NCBI GenBank assembly: GCA_036478295.1
Contig: JAZGDW010000139.1
Span: 1 to 62,132, forward strand
Direction: 5' to 3'
Length of the DNA stretch: 62,132 bases
DNA from: Candidatus Krumholzibacteriia bacterium
GTDB lineage: Bacteria > Krumholzibacteriota > Krumholzibacteriia > WVZY01
Shown here: positions 24,357 through 34,361 of the stretch, in pieces
Layout of the letters: each line of letters starts with the position of its first letter
Numbering within the stretch: position 1 is the first letter of the stretch
The notes under the pieces: generated by a model
The model's input: the letters and a program-made list of their open reading frames with translations, nothing else
Told to the model about the DNA's origin: nothing
The model's database searches: none
Made by a program: the position numbers and the translations under genes

Positions 24357-26273
24357 ATGTTTTCTATTCCCAGGAAAGCACTCCCATTCGTGATGCTCGC
24401 AACTGCTGCGTGCGTTGCAGCGGCACTGACCCTCGCCCCCACAGCGCGCGCCGGGGAAAAGATCAAGATTACCAAGGTCGACGATCTGCCGCGTCACACG
24501 TATGCGATCAGCGTCAAGGCGTCCGAGCTACTGACCGACGAGCAGGCGTTCGCCGACCTCGCCGCGCGGGTGAAAAAAGATATCGAGGCCGACCTCGAGA
24601 AGTACGAGATCGTGGACAAAAAGACTCTGCAGGGGTACTACCAGGTTCTCCAGGGGATCACATTCTTCGAAGGCGATTACGACACTTCACGGAAATATCT
24701 CGAGAAGACCCGCGCGCTCGAGGACAAAGAGGCGAAGAAATACGTTATCGGCATGATCTTCTACTCTTACCTGGTCGCCCGCAGCGTGGACACAGACGTG
24801 TCATCCGACCGATTCAGGCAAGGGTTCCGGACGGACCTGTCCGCACGCGTGGCGTCGCTGCCGTGGGAAACGGTCCGCGAGATCATCGAGCAGGTGAACG
24901 GCCAAATGCAGATTCTGAGCGAGAACCTCCTGGTCGGACTCATCGAAGGTCAGTTGGACCCCGCAGTCGAGAAAAGCGGGTACCTCAGTGGTGACCAGGC
25001 CAAGCAGATAATCAACTTTCACGGTGCGCTCGCCCTGGTTCTGCCGTTGAAAGAAGATATTAGCGGCGTGCTCGGCGAAGCGATCGCGTCCCACAAAGTC
25101 GAGAAGAAGGATATCTGGGTCGCGCGTAACACCAGCTTCACCGGCAAGGAGGGGTACTCTCCCGTCATGGTCGGCATCTGGGACGCCGGCGTCGATGTGG
25201 AGGTATTCAAGGGCCGGTGTTTTACAAACACCAAGGAAAAATTGGACGGACGCGACACCGACGGCAACGGTTTCGTGGATGACGTGCACGGTATCGCGTA
25301 CGACATGGAACACAACAAGACAACCGATCTGTTACTCCCGTTGGGTGAGAGTGCGTCAATGCGCGCCGAGCTGGAAGGGCGTCTCAAAGGATTCACGGAC
25401 CTCAGCGCTGCAATCGACAGCCCCGAGGCAACCGTAATCAAGAAAACCATGGCGAGCCTCGAGAAGAGCGAGATGAAAGGTTATCTCGAAAACCTGACGC
25501 TCTACAGCCATTACGCGCACGGCACGCACGTGGCGGGCATTGCCCTCGAAGGCAATCCCTACGCGCACATCGTGCCCGCCCGCTTGTCGTTCGATCATCA
25601 CATGGTCCCCATGCCCTACACGATGGAGCTCATCACGCGCTTCGGCAAGGAGTTCAAAGAGGTCGTCGGCTATTTCAAGAACACTGAGGTACGTGTGGTC
25701 AACATGAGCTGGGGGTTGTCCCTCAAAGAGCTCGAACACAGCCTCGAAGCCAACGGCATCGGCGAGAGCGCCGAGGCGCGGGGCAAGATGGCAAGAGAGA
25801 TGTTCGAGATCGCGCGCAGAGACCTACACGATGCGTTCACGAGCGCGCCGGAGATTCTCTTCGTGGGTGCCGCGGGCAATTCGGACAATGACGTCGAGTT
25901 CGACCAGTTCATTCCGTCCGGGTTCAAGATGCCCAACCTCTTGATTACGGGTGCGGTCGACCAGGCCGGCGAACCCACGGTCTTTACGAGTTCCGGCAAG
26001 ACGGTGGCGGTGTACTCGAACGGTTTCGAGGTCGACAGCTACGTACCGGGTGGCAACCGCATGAAGCTCTCCGGCACGTCGATGGCGTCTCCCAACGTTG
26101 TCAACCTGGCAGCGAAGCTGCTGGCCATGGACCCGTCCCTGACACCGGCCCAGGTGGTCATGCTCATCAAGGAAGGGTCGGACGATTTCGGCAAGAAAGA
26201 GCCGATGCTGGTTATTTCGCCGAAGCGCTCCGTCGAGCTCCTCCAGGAGCGGCTGGGCAAGAAATCGGGATAA
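24357..26273 (+). CDS. Secreted S8 family serine peptidase with ~250-aa helical N-terminal region
   Basis: AGGAGG RBS and signal peptide. Triad motifs GIWDAGVD, HGTHVAGIA, SGTSMASPNVV. Confidence 0.85.
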   Translation: MFSIPRKALPFVMLATAACVAAALTLAPTARAGEKIKITKVDDLPRHTYAISVKASELLTDEQAFADLAARVKKDIEADLEKYEIVDKKTLQGYYQVLQGITFFEGDYDTSRKYLEKTRALEDKEAKKYVIGMIFYSYLVARSVDTDVSSDRFRQGFRTDLSARVASLPWETVREIIEQVNGQMQILSENLLVGLIEGQLDPAVEKSGYLSGDQAKQIINFHGALALVLPLKEDISGVLGEAIASHKVEKKDIWVARNTSFTGKEGYSPVMVGIWDAGVDVEVFKGRCFTNTKEKLDGRDTDGNGFVDDVHGIAYDMEHNKTTDLLLPLGESASMRAELEGRLKGFTDLSAAIDSPEATVIKKTMASLEKSEMKGYLENLTLYSHYAHGTHVAGIALEGNPYAHIVPARLSFDHHMVPMPYTMELITRFGKEFKEVVGYFKNTEVRVVNMSWGLSLKELEHSLEANGIGESAEARGKMAREMFEIARRDLHDAFTSAPEILFVGAAGNSDNDVEFDQFIPSGFKMPNLLITGAVDQAGEPTVFTSSGKTVAVYSNGFEVDSYVPGGNRMKLSGTSMASPNVVNLAAKLLAMDPSLTPAQVVMLIKEGSDDFGKKEPMLVISPKRSVELLQERLGKKSG

Positions 26274-26372
26274 GGAGAAAATGTCACGGCGCGCGGCCCT
26301 GCGAGCTCTTCGCACGCCGCGCGCCGGGGGGCCGGCTGACGAAATAGAACCGGCGGCGTGCGTGCCGCCGTG

Positions 26373-27056
26373 TCAGGCGGATGGTGCGGAGGTGGCCTCG
26401 GGCACGAGCTCACTCAACGTTTCGAAGCAGTACCCCTCGGACAACAGCTCGTCGGTGATGCGGTCGACAGCCGCGATGGTCTGACTGCGGTCCGAGTGGA
26501 TCCAGCGGCCGCCGTCATGCAGGATGATAATCGCCCCCGGTTCGATGCGGCGCCGGATGCGTTCTATGATGACGCGAACGCCGGGTTTGCGGGAATCCAA
26601 CGGATGGACGCTGCCGACAACCGGGTGGTAACCCATGCACCTGGCGATGGCCAACACCTTGTTGTTGAACCAGCCCATGGGTGGACGTAGAAACCTCGGG
26701 CGCCCACCGGTTACTTCCATGATGAGTTCTTCGGCGACGGCGATCTCCCTGCGAATCAGCCCGGACGGCAGCAGCGACAACGGTATGTGCCGGTCGCTGT
26801 GATTGCCGATCTCGTGCCCCGCACGGAAGGTGCGCTCGAGCACGTCACGGAACTGCCGCACCCGCCGCCCAACGACAAAAAACGTGGCACGGATTCCCTT
26901 GCGCTCGAGCATATCGAGCAGGTCCAGCGTGTGTTTCGGGTGGGGACCGTCGTCGAACGTCAACGCGAGCCGCTTGTCGCTGGTGGGCACCCGGCACAGA
27001 ATGCGTTTGCTCATGTACGCGCGGAACGCGGGGATGTCGAGCAGACTGGGGCTCAT
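26373..27056 (-). CDS. Polysaccharide deacetylase (NodB homology domain), no signal peptide
   Basis: LTFDDGPHPKHT, HEIGNHSDRH and IILHD motifs. 4-nt overlap with the upstream acyltransferase. Confidence 0.85.
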   Translation of the reverse strand: MSPSLLDIPAFRAYMSKRILCRVPTSDKRLALTFDDGPHPKHTLDLLDMLERKGIRATFFVVGRRVRQFRDVLERTFRAGHEIGNHSDRHIPLSLLPSGLIRREIAVAEELIMEVTGGRPRFLRPPMGWFNNKVLAIARCMGYHPVVGSVHPLDSRKPGVRVIIERIRRRIEPGAIIILHDGGRWIHSDRSQTIAAVDRITDELLSEGYCFETLSELVPEATSAPSA

Positions 27057-28516
27057 CTGTCCGGCCCCTTTTCAGGCTCCTTCGCCGGCCCGCGGCCCGA
27101 CCCGGCCCCCTTCCCAGATCCGGATCCCGTTTGGTGAGACTCCGGTTGCTCATCGCGCGCGCGGAGGTATTCCTCGAGCGCCGTGTCCATTTCATTCATC
27201 AGGCGTTGGCGCTGCTGTCGCAATCTTTGCACGGAATACCCGTGGGTGAGCTCGAGAACGGCCAGGCGCAGCATCTGCCGGCGGCGGCGCATGCGCCGTG
27301 AATAGTCGAGGGCGTAGAATCCCGTCAGCGGTAAAGTGACTGCGAAAATCCCCGCGGTCACGGGTGCAAGCACCCGAAAGGCCAGGTAAATCAATCCCCC
27401 ATAGTAGAGCAGGTAGATAACCGCCCCGCGTGTTAAGTGAAAGTAATGGTACTTCGTCGGGTTCTTGACCATGCGACGCGCGAGCCAGTCGGTGACTTTG
27501 TACGGGAGCCCGTTCCACACTACGCCGTACAACCAGAAGGGAAATCCGATGGCGCCGAAGACGGCGAAACGTGTCGCCTCGCCGGGCACCGTTCTTCCCT
27601 CCTCCTGCCGGATCATCTCGTCCTTGAGGCGAAGTCGCTCCAGCTTGCGGCGGTAGTCCGTCAGAAGGCTCCCCACCTGCCAGATAATCTCCGGATGATA
27701 GCGAAAGAAATAATCGAGGGCGCGTGGGATCTCACGCGACACTTCCTGATCACGTTCGAACCTGGATGAGCCCGCGAAGGGCAGCCCTTCTTTCTCGAGC
27801 AGCTCTCCCTTGTAAACCGATTCGACGTCACGCACCAGTTCTTCGAACTGCGAGCGCTCGATGTTCACCACGCGGCGCCGGATCGCTTCGCCCAGTAGAT
27901 CGGTGAGGTTCCTGACCGCCTCGTAGGGGTCTTCTTCATAGTCGGCCCGGTAGTCGGCGACCACGATCGGTCTGCCGAAGGTGACCAGTACCCGGCTGCG
28001 AAAACGCCGGCCGCTTTCGAAATTGAGTCCCACCGGCACGATGGTGACGCCGAGTTTCCAGTCGTTTTTTTCCTCGCTCTCGAAAGCGATGCGGGCCGTC
28101 CCCGTTTTTAGTTTCTGGACCCGGCGCTCCTCGGCGCTGATGCCCTCGGGAAAGATACCGATGGCCCCGCCCTTCTCGAGCAGCGCGCGACACGCGGAGA
28201 ACATCTCGACATTCTTGTCAGTGGCCTCCGCGACCTCTCTTGACCGGTACACGGGAATGACGCCCGCGTTGCGCAGGAACCACGCCTTAATCGGTGCATC
28301 GAAGATGCCGCTGCGGGCGATGTAGTGCAGCATGCGCCCGGCGGCGCGGCCCAGGACAAAAGCGTCCGTCACCGATTGGGGGTGGTTTGCGGCGAGAATA
28401 ACGGGACCCTTGTCGGGAATGTGGTGCGCGCCGGAGCGCTCGAGCTTGCGAAAATAGACGCCCAGAGCGATGCGCACCAGGACGCGTGTGACCCGATAAA
28501 AGAATGGCGTTCTCAT
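27053..28516 (-). CDS. PlsC-type (lysophospholipid/glycerol-3-phosphate) acyltransferase with helical and C-terminal transmembrane extension
   Basis: HX4D motif in AANHPQSVTDAF, plus GIFPEGIS. Hydrophobic segments near the C-terminus. Confidence 0.8.
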   Translation of the reverse strand: MRTPFFYRVTRVLVRIALGVYFRKLERSGAHHIPDKGPVILAANHPQSVTDAFVLGRAAGRMLHYIARSGIFDAPIKAWFLRNAGVIPVYRSREVAEATDKNVEMFSACRALLEKGGAIGIFPEGISAEERRVQKLKTGTARIAFESEEKNDWKLGVTIVPVGLNFESGRRFRSRVLVTFGRPIVVADYRADYEEDPYEAVRNLTDLLGEAIRRRVVNIERSQFEELVRDVESVYKGELLEKEGLPFAGSSRFERDQEVSREIPRALDYFFRYHPEIIWQVGSLLTDYRRKLERLRLKDEMIRQEEGRTVPGEATRFAVFGAIGFPFWLYGVVWNGLPYKVTDWLARRMVKNPTKYHYFHLTRGAVIYLLYYGGLIYLAFRVLAPVTAGIFAVTLPLTGFYALDYSRRMRRRRQMLRLAVLELTHGYSVQRLRQQRQRLMNEMDTALEEYLRARDEQPESHQTGSGSGKGAGSGRGPAKEPEKGPDR

Positions 28517-28659
28517 ATTCCCCTGTTCTCTGTGACCGGCAGGTTGGTGTACCGATTATGCCACCTGGCCCTCGGGCGAGTCAAATTGCGGTACGAGTCA
28601 AATTGTGATATATTATGCGGGTCGGACCCCCGCCTTTTTTCGCCCAGGGAGGCCCCCTC

Positions 28660-30159
28660 GTGAACACCGCAAGAGCCAATACCGCGCACCGGATGGCCGG
28701 CATCTTCGCCTGCCTCGCCTTATGCGTGTGCCTGGCAGCCACCAGCGGATGCCAGAGGATCACCGAACCATCGGATGCAGTGCCGGGCGGAGCCGCCCAC
28801 AAGATCGATGTGGTTCTGGACGCATTCGGACCCGTACTGACGCTCACCAACGAATACATGGATCCCATCGTCTCCACCGTGCTGAACCCGCCACCGACAA
28901 TCATAACGATACCATCCGGGATACCCCTGGTTTTCTGCTGGACCGCAGAGCCATCGCCCGGCGGTGATCCAGTCGAAGCGTATCGCTACGGGTCGGATAT
29001 CTTCGATCTCAACGACCCCGACTCGTGGGACGTGGGCTGGATACCCTTCGACGGGTCCGAGGTGTGCGCGACCCAGCGCCCGCTCTTTTTCGGGAGCCAC
29101 ACCTTCACGATCGAGGTAAAGGACGCGGGTGACAACCGATCGCATGTAGGTGTGATCATTAACATCGTCCCCGGTCCGCCGTCCTTCGACATTCTTCCCG
29201 GATCGTGCCGCAATCCTTTCAATCCCAGGAGCCGGGGCCTGATCCCCGCCGTCATTCCGGGGACCGTCGCAATGGACGGCCGCGACATCGACGCCTCGAC
29301 CGTGCAGCTGTGGATCGGCACAGAGAGAATCGATCCGGTGAGAACTCGTATCGGAGATATTGCGGCGCCGGTGATCAACGGGGAGTTCTGTGAGTGCAGC
29401 GACGGACCCGACGGCATCGATGACCTGGTACTGATGTTTTCCACACGGCAAATCGCCCATGCGTTGGGTCCGGTCTCCGCCGGCGACGTGATCACGATTT
29501 TTGTCAGGGGAGAGATGATGGACACGGGCTTTCAGTTTGACTTGTTCGACTGCGTCCGTACCGTCGGCAATCCCACACCCGATGAGAATCCACTCAAGCT
29601 GCGCGACGGGGTGCTCACCACTCTGCAGAGTGCATACAATCAGAAGAACTTCGATGCCGCCAGCTCACTGTTCGACGATGACTTCATATTCTTCTTCTCT
29701 CCCACGGATATCGCCAACGGGGACGTTTCGTTTGCCCAGTGGGACAAATCGAGCGAGCTGGCCGCCACGGCGAGCCTGTTCGACGCCGCCGTGCATACCG
29801 GCACTCGAATAGCCGATCCGGATGCGGAGCTATCGCCACGCGGCGCCGCGGTGGAGGACGCCACATGGGGCCGCACCAAGCATCTGTTCTTTACCGCTCC
29901 TCCGGGCGGTTTTACAGGGATCAGTCTATCCCTGCTCTTCCCACCCGGTGAGGGTACCTGGAACCCCGCCATACCCGATCCGGTGGATTATCCGGGGGAG
30001 GTCTGGTATGAAAAAACGGTTGATTACCTGCTCACAGTAGAAACCGGCGGCCTCATCCTGGGGAATTTTCCCCCGACGCGGGCGTCGTTCGTCGTCCGGC
30101 CGGTCGAGGATCGCGGAGAGACCATATGGCAGCTCGTTCGCTGGCGGGATGATATCTAG
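28660..30159 (+). CDS. Lipoprotein with Ig-like and Cys-containing (PGSCRN) domains and a SnoaL/NTF2-like C-terminal region
   Basis: GTG start after a GGGAGG RBS. Lipobox CLAATSGC. The domain at 29185-29568 is paralogous to 10928-11335. Confidence 0.7.
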   Translation: MNTARANTAHRMAGIFACLALCVCLAATSGCQRITEPSDAVPGGAAHKIDVVLDAFGPVLTLTNEYMDPIVSTVLNPPPTIITIPSGIPLVFCWTAEPSPGGDPVEAYRYGSDIFDLNDPDSWDVGWIPFDGSEVCATQRPLFFGSHTFTIEVKDAGDNRSHVGVIINIVPGPPSFDILPGSCRNPFNPRSRGLIPAVIPGTVAMDGRDIDASTVQLWIGTERIDPVRTRIGDIAAPVINGEFCECSDGPDGIDDLVLMFSTRQIAHALGPVSAGDVITIFVRGEMMDTGFQFDLFDCVRTVGNPTPDENPLKLRDGVLTTLQSAYNQKNFDAASSLFDDDFIFFFSPTDIANGDVSFAQWDKSSELAATASLFDAAVHTGTRIADPDAELSPRGAAVEDATWGRTKHLFFTAPPGGFTGISLSLLFPPGEGTWNPAIPDPVDYPGEVWYEKTVDYLLTVETGGLILGNFPPTRASFVVRPVEDRGETIWQLVRWRDDI

Positions 30160-30305
30160 CGAACGTGGCGCAACGAAGCGGCAGCCCGTTGGCTGCCCCT
30201 TTTTCTTGTTGCGGCGGCGGGTCGTGACGCGATACGGGGCCGCCCCGTCCAGGTTCCGGAGAACCCGTAGGAATGCCGCGCCTGTGGCGCGAAGCGGCCA
30301 CCCCG

Positions 30306-30722
30306 TTACTTCGCCTTCAACGTCCTTGCGGCGCGCGCATAGTCCTTCGGTTTGACCCACAGGATCATGCCGTATCGTCCCTTGCCCGCGCACACCGCGT
30401 CCGCCGCGGTGATGTTGATCCTCCTGTCGGCAAGCTTCTGGATGTGACGGTGAGCGGCTCCCAGGGTGTCTTTTCCCTGAATAAGGAATCCCTTCTTGGT
30501 CTTGCCGATACGCCAGCCGTTCTTCTTGGCCACGCGCCGGATGATGGTCAGGTTATCCGCAATAAAATCGAGTTGTGACTTGCCACCCTTGGCGGGAAAT
30601 CCGCTAAACGCCATCAGGTCGACCCCGGCGTCTTTCAACTCGGACAGTACCCTCGCTCCCTGGCCGGGACGGCTCGTGACCATCGTATTGCAATAACTCA
30701 CCCTGCGTACTCGATCTGCCAT
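30306..30722 (-). CDS. Small cytoplasmic protein, possibly tandem ACT-like ligand-binding domains
   Basis: 138 aa. Two similar halves (RPGQGARVLSELKDAGVDL... / GAAHRHIQKLADRRINI...). The assignment is weak. Confidence 0.4.
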   Translation of the reverse strand: MADRVRRVSYCNTMVTSRPGQGARVLSELKDAGVDLMAFSGFPAKGGKSQLDFIADNLTIIRRVAKKNGWRIGKTKKGFLIQGKDTLGAAHRHIQKLADRRINITAADAVCAGKGRYGMILWVKPKDYARAARTLKAK

Positions 30723-31050
30723 GACCAACCTCCTTGTCTTGCCTCGGGGTTATAGTCCTCGCTCGGCGAGTCTACCACGATAGCCGCCCGCAATCAAAAG
30801 TGATAAAAAGCCGCCAGCGCCGCCCTGACGCAGCGGGTGCCCTTGGCGGGCGGTGCCCCACGATCCATTATTTTGTTCACCGGATAATTGTCAAGCAATT
30901 TGGCGCGTGCTAGTGTTGCAGGCACGACATCCGTGTGGTAGAGGTGAAGAAAGAGCGCCAGCAACGGGAGGTACCGGTTTGAAGAGGCTCCGGAAACGCT
31001 GCAGCAGCCCTGCATCGGACGGCGGCAGGCTGCCGTATGTTCCCCGCGGA

Positions 31051-31521
31051 TTGCAGACCACGCTATGGGTCACCATTTGTTGCTTGATCTTGCTCGGCGG
31101 TTGCACCGCGCGGCTAGTGGCCGACTACGACCCGGTTATCGACAAGTCGCTCATCGATCTCAGCATCAAGACCGAGAACTATTTCAACCGCCTGCAGGAG
31201 AACTTCGGCACCGATAAGGCGGACTTTGGTTCCAACCGGCGTTTCTACGACGAGTTCGAGGTCGAGGTAAATACGCTGATCGCCCGCGCGCGCATACACC
31301 CCAGGAACGAGATAACGATCGAACAACTCGAACTCCTGCGGGAGAGCATGGCGGGTTTCGAGGAGCTGCACCGGCAAGACCTCGGCACTATGGAGAGGGA
31401 CGCAGCCCTTGCCACCATCGGCGTGGCCCGGAGCACCATCAAGCAACATTTCGAGGCGATATGGAAGCTGGAATTCGAAAAGAAGAACGTTCGTCGCAAT
31501 CTGAATCGCGATGCACAATGA
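31051..31521 (+). CDS. Helical lipoprotein of unknown function (start uncertain, TTG 31051 proposed)
   Basis: LQTTLWVTICCLILLGGC lipobox. The upstream part of the track ORF is Arg/Cys-rich and implausible. Confidence 0.5.
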   Translation: MQTTLWVTICCLILLGGCTARLVADYDPVIDKSLIDLSIKTENYFNRLQENFGTDKADFGSNRRFYDEFEVEVNTLIARARIHPRNEITIEQLELLRESMAGFEELHRQDLGTMERDAALATIGVARSTIKQHFEAIWKLEFEKKNVRRNLNRDAQ

Positions 31522-31546
31522 CGCCGGGACAACGGGGAGTCAAACG

Positions 31547-31897
31547 ATGCTGACCGTATCCGAACTCTTGAAACAAATGCTCACCGCTGCCAGGGAAACG
31601 CTTAAGAACGAACTCCAGGACGATTTCACCGTCGTGTGGCCGCAGCTGAGGACCTATACACGAACGGAGCTCAAAAAAATAGCTGAAACGGTGGCCATGA
31701 TCGGGCGCTTGCGGGTCGAGGGAAAACTCACCAACCGTCAGGCGAAGATCCTGCTCGATATGCAAAAGCACACCACACGCGCCGTACTCCTGACGGTAAA
31801 GGGCATCGGTCTTCTGGAGGCGGAGACGATGGTAAACAGCGCCCTGGCCGCCGTTAAGCAGGTGGTCAATAAAGCGCTGGGCTTCAAGTTACTGTAG
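31547..31897 (+). CDS. Hypothetical helical protein
   Basis: GGGGAG RBS before ATG 31547; 116 aa; follows the previous gene by 25 nt. Confidence 0.55.
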   Translation: MLTVSELLKQMLTAARETLKNELQDDFTVVWPQLRTYTRTELKKIAETVAMIGRLRVEGKLTNRQAKILLDMQKHTTRAVLLTVKGIGLLEAETMVNSALAAVKQVVNKALGFKLL

Positions 31898-31972
31898 GGC
31901 GCACGGCGCCGGTGGATACAGGGCGTACCAACCGGCGGTACGTGCCGGCAAGCTCCGCAAAGGAGAGCACCC

Positions 31973-32164
31973 ATGGGCATCAAGCTCTATTTGACGATTT
32001 CGGGTGGGGTCTTCGGGCTGGTCGCCGCGGTGCACTTCATCCGGCTCATCAATCGCTGGCCGGTCCAGGTCGCCGGGTTCGACATTCCCCACTGGCTCTC
32101 GTGGCTGGGCATTGGCCTAGCGGGATCTCTATCCGTGTGGGCGTTTCGGCAGGCGGCCAGGTAG
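31973..32164 (+). CDS. Small two-TM membrane protein
   Basis: AAAGGAGAG RBS; 63 aa with two hydrophobic helices. Confidence 0.6.
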   Translation: MGIKLYLTISGGVFGLVAAVHFIRLINRWPVQVAGFDIPHWLSWLGIGLAGSLSVWAFRQAAR

Positions 32165-32228
32165 CGCGTACCGGGCTGGCAGACACCGGGTACCGCGGCG
32201 GTACGCCGGCACGTGACGCCGCGTCGTG

Positions 32229-32936
32229 TCAACCGCTCTTACTCGCCGTCTTGATATAGTGCTCGAGCATCTCGACGAACTTCTGCGCAGCGGGCGGCGT
32301 CTTCAGCTTCCGGCTCTTGATGATTCCCTGCGCGTTCAGTTCGTCGGTACCGTAGAACGATGCATTGGCGTCCTTCTTGATGCTGAGTTTCGCGCCCTCC
32401 AGCGACAGACCCGCGAACAACCCCCGGCTCCTCGAGTACGAATAGATCTCCGCCTTCAGTTTGACGTCGGTGGCCGCCTCCGCCTGTCGTCCGACCGGCC
32501 CGGCAGCGATGGCGGCGTCAGCGCCCAGTGTATATTTCCCCTTCAGAATGCCTTCGATGCTGCGTTCGCTCTTGAGCACCAGGATCACGTCGGTGGACTG
32601 CGCCCCGAACTGAAGGCCGATGCTGCCGCCCGTGATGGTAACGAAAACGGGGCGGCTCCAGCGGCGCTTCTTCTCGCGCACTACCATGATGCCGTGCCCC
32701 CTGCGGCCGCCGATGCCGAAACCGATCTTGAAGACGCCGGGGATCACCACGATCGCGTGTGCTTCCTTGAGGAGCCAGCCAGGGATACCCTTTTCCGGGA
32801 TGCCCATCAGCTCGCTGAGGACGGTCGTTGCCGCCTGCACCCGTTTGGTCTCGTCTTCCGCGGCCGGCGTCGTCGTCCAGGCGGCGGCCGTGAGGACCAC
32901 CACTAACAGTATTGTTGCCATCACCCGCTGGTTCAT
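32229..32936 (-). CDS. SYLF (DUF500/Ysc84-like) lipid-binding domain protein, secreted
   Basis: AGGAGGA RBS before ATG 32936 and a signal peptide. Motifs VVIPGVFKIGFGIGGRRGHGI, TLGADAAIAAGPVGR, YSYSRSRGLFAGLSLEG. Confidence 0.8.
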   Translation of the reverse strand: MNQRVMATILLVVVLTAAAWTTTPAAEDETKRVQAATTVLSELMGIPEKGIPGWLLKEAHAIVVIPGVFKIGFGIGGRRGHGIMVVREKKRRWSRPVFVTITGGSIGLQFGAQSTDVILVLKSERSIEGILKGKYTLGADAAIAAGPVGRQAEAATDVKLKAEIYSYSRSRGLFAGLSLEGAKLSIKKDANASFYGTDELNAQGIIKSRKLKTPPAAQKFVEMLEHYIKTASKSG

Positions 32937-33039
32937 GAATACCACTTCCTCCTGTCCTGTCCGGCCCCCCGGTGGTCACCGGACCGCGTTATCAGAAAAA
33001 ATACACCCCATTCCCGGTGTTCGTCAACACGGGAAGGGA

Positions 33040-33888
33040 TCAGAGAAGTTTCATCACATCTGTGATGGCTTTTCCAACCGGTTTGCAGAAGTCCTTGTCG
33101 GTCCAGTAGGCGGTATGTGACAGGGGATTCCACGACGAAAAAATGCCCCCGACGTTGACCTGCCGGTCACGGGTAACGTTCTTGTTGTACGATGGGCTGG
33201 TCGGCTTGAGCGGATAGCCCATAACGTCGTCGCGGTCGTAGTAGTTGAGCCACTTCGCGACGCGGCGTATCTCGGCCGCCGTCGTACCCGGCGGGAAAAA
33301 TCGTCTCACACCCGGCGGCGGAAAAGCGATACTCACCACCGGGTAGTATGCCATCGAGAACAGCGGCAGCGTGCTACCGAAAGTGATGAGCAGCGCTAGT
33401 GTTTCCATACGCTCCAGCGCCGTTCGGCCGTACAATCTCGGCTTGTACTTCTTCTGCCGATCCCAGATGTAGTCGGACACGATGACACTACCCAACGAAT
33501 GCGCCAGGATGACCAGCGGCAGGTCGGCATTGCCCAGACGCCGGCGCATCTTGCGCAGATGGGCAAGCACGAGATTGTGGATATCCGTGTAGACGCTGCG
33601 TGGGCGGGTCGGCGACTGCTGGTAGGCAACCGCGTCTCCCATCGCGGCGACGACGAACTCACGGATTTTCCTGTACCGAAAGCGCCGGTTCCGGGACAGC
33701 CGCCGCCAGAGCTTCTGCTGCTTGTCGCCCAGAAGCTTCGCCCAGAACACCGGCTCCCAGTAGATGCCGGCGGGATCCACACCACGGGCGGCGATGCACT
33801 TCTCGAGGCCCCTTTTCATGGGCTCGGCAAAGTCCGGCTTCTGCGAACCCATTCCGTGTACGACCAAAACGCCGAGTTTGTACGCCAC
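33040..33888 (-). CDS. Alpha/beta-hydrolase-fold protein (lipase/esterase-like)
   Basis: GTG start after GGAAGGAG. VVHGMGSQ and nucleophile elbow AHSLGS. Confidence 0.65.
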   Translation of the reverse strand: MAYKLGVLVVHGMGSQKPDFAEPMKRGLEKCIAARGVDPAGIYWEPVFWAKLLGDKQQKLWRRLSRNRRFRYRKIREFVVAAMGDAVAYQQSPTRPRSVYTDIHNLVLAHLRKMRRRLGNADLPLVILAHSLGSVIVSDYIWDRQKKYKPRLYGRTALERMETLALLITFGSTLPLFSMAYYPVVSIAFPPPGVRRFFPPGTTAAEIRRVAKWLNYYDRDDVMGYPLKPTSPSYNKNVTRDRQVNVGGIFSSWNPLSHTAYWTDKDFCKPVGKAITDVMKLL

Positions 33889-34361
33889 GTCACTCCTTCC
33901 CCCAGTCGGTTTTGGGCCACTCCGCGTCCAGGCCCTCTTCCAGCATCATCATCGCGAGCAGAAAGTTCGCGCGGCGGCTGAAAATGTGGTTTGGCAGGGT
34001 GCGGTTTGGTGGCACGTTGTGCGGATCGCGCATAGCCATAAACCAACATGTTACCCGAGCACGCCCAAAGGTCAATACCCGATCGGCGCTGCCTGGCCGG
34101 ACCGTGACTGCACCGATTCGCGCCGTCTTAGGGCTGTCCAGAGATTAATAGTCTAGTATAGGATGGACATGTGGGGCCGGCGTGTGTTACGATGCCGCAG
34201 GGTGATCTGTGAGATCCCGCGTCTCCACTTCTGGTTCTGGCCACACTCTCCAGGGATCACCTGCCCGCATAAGCAACCTGCTTTATCCCCGCTTTGTGGC
34301 TTCGGAGCGTCGGATTGAAACACAACTACGTTGCCGGGCACTTTTCCCCCGGGAGGTACCG

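Noticed and set aside
33890-34075. 61-aa ORF ending 2 nt before the alpha/beta hydrolase start
   Set aside because: The placement would allow coupling. However, there is no RBS, the composition is unremarkable and nothing else supports it, so it cannot be backed from sequence alone.
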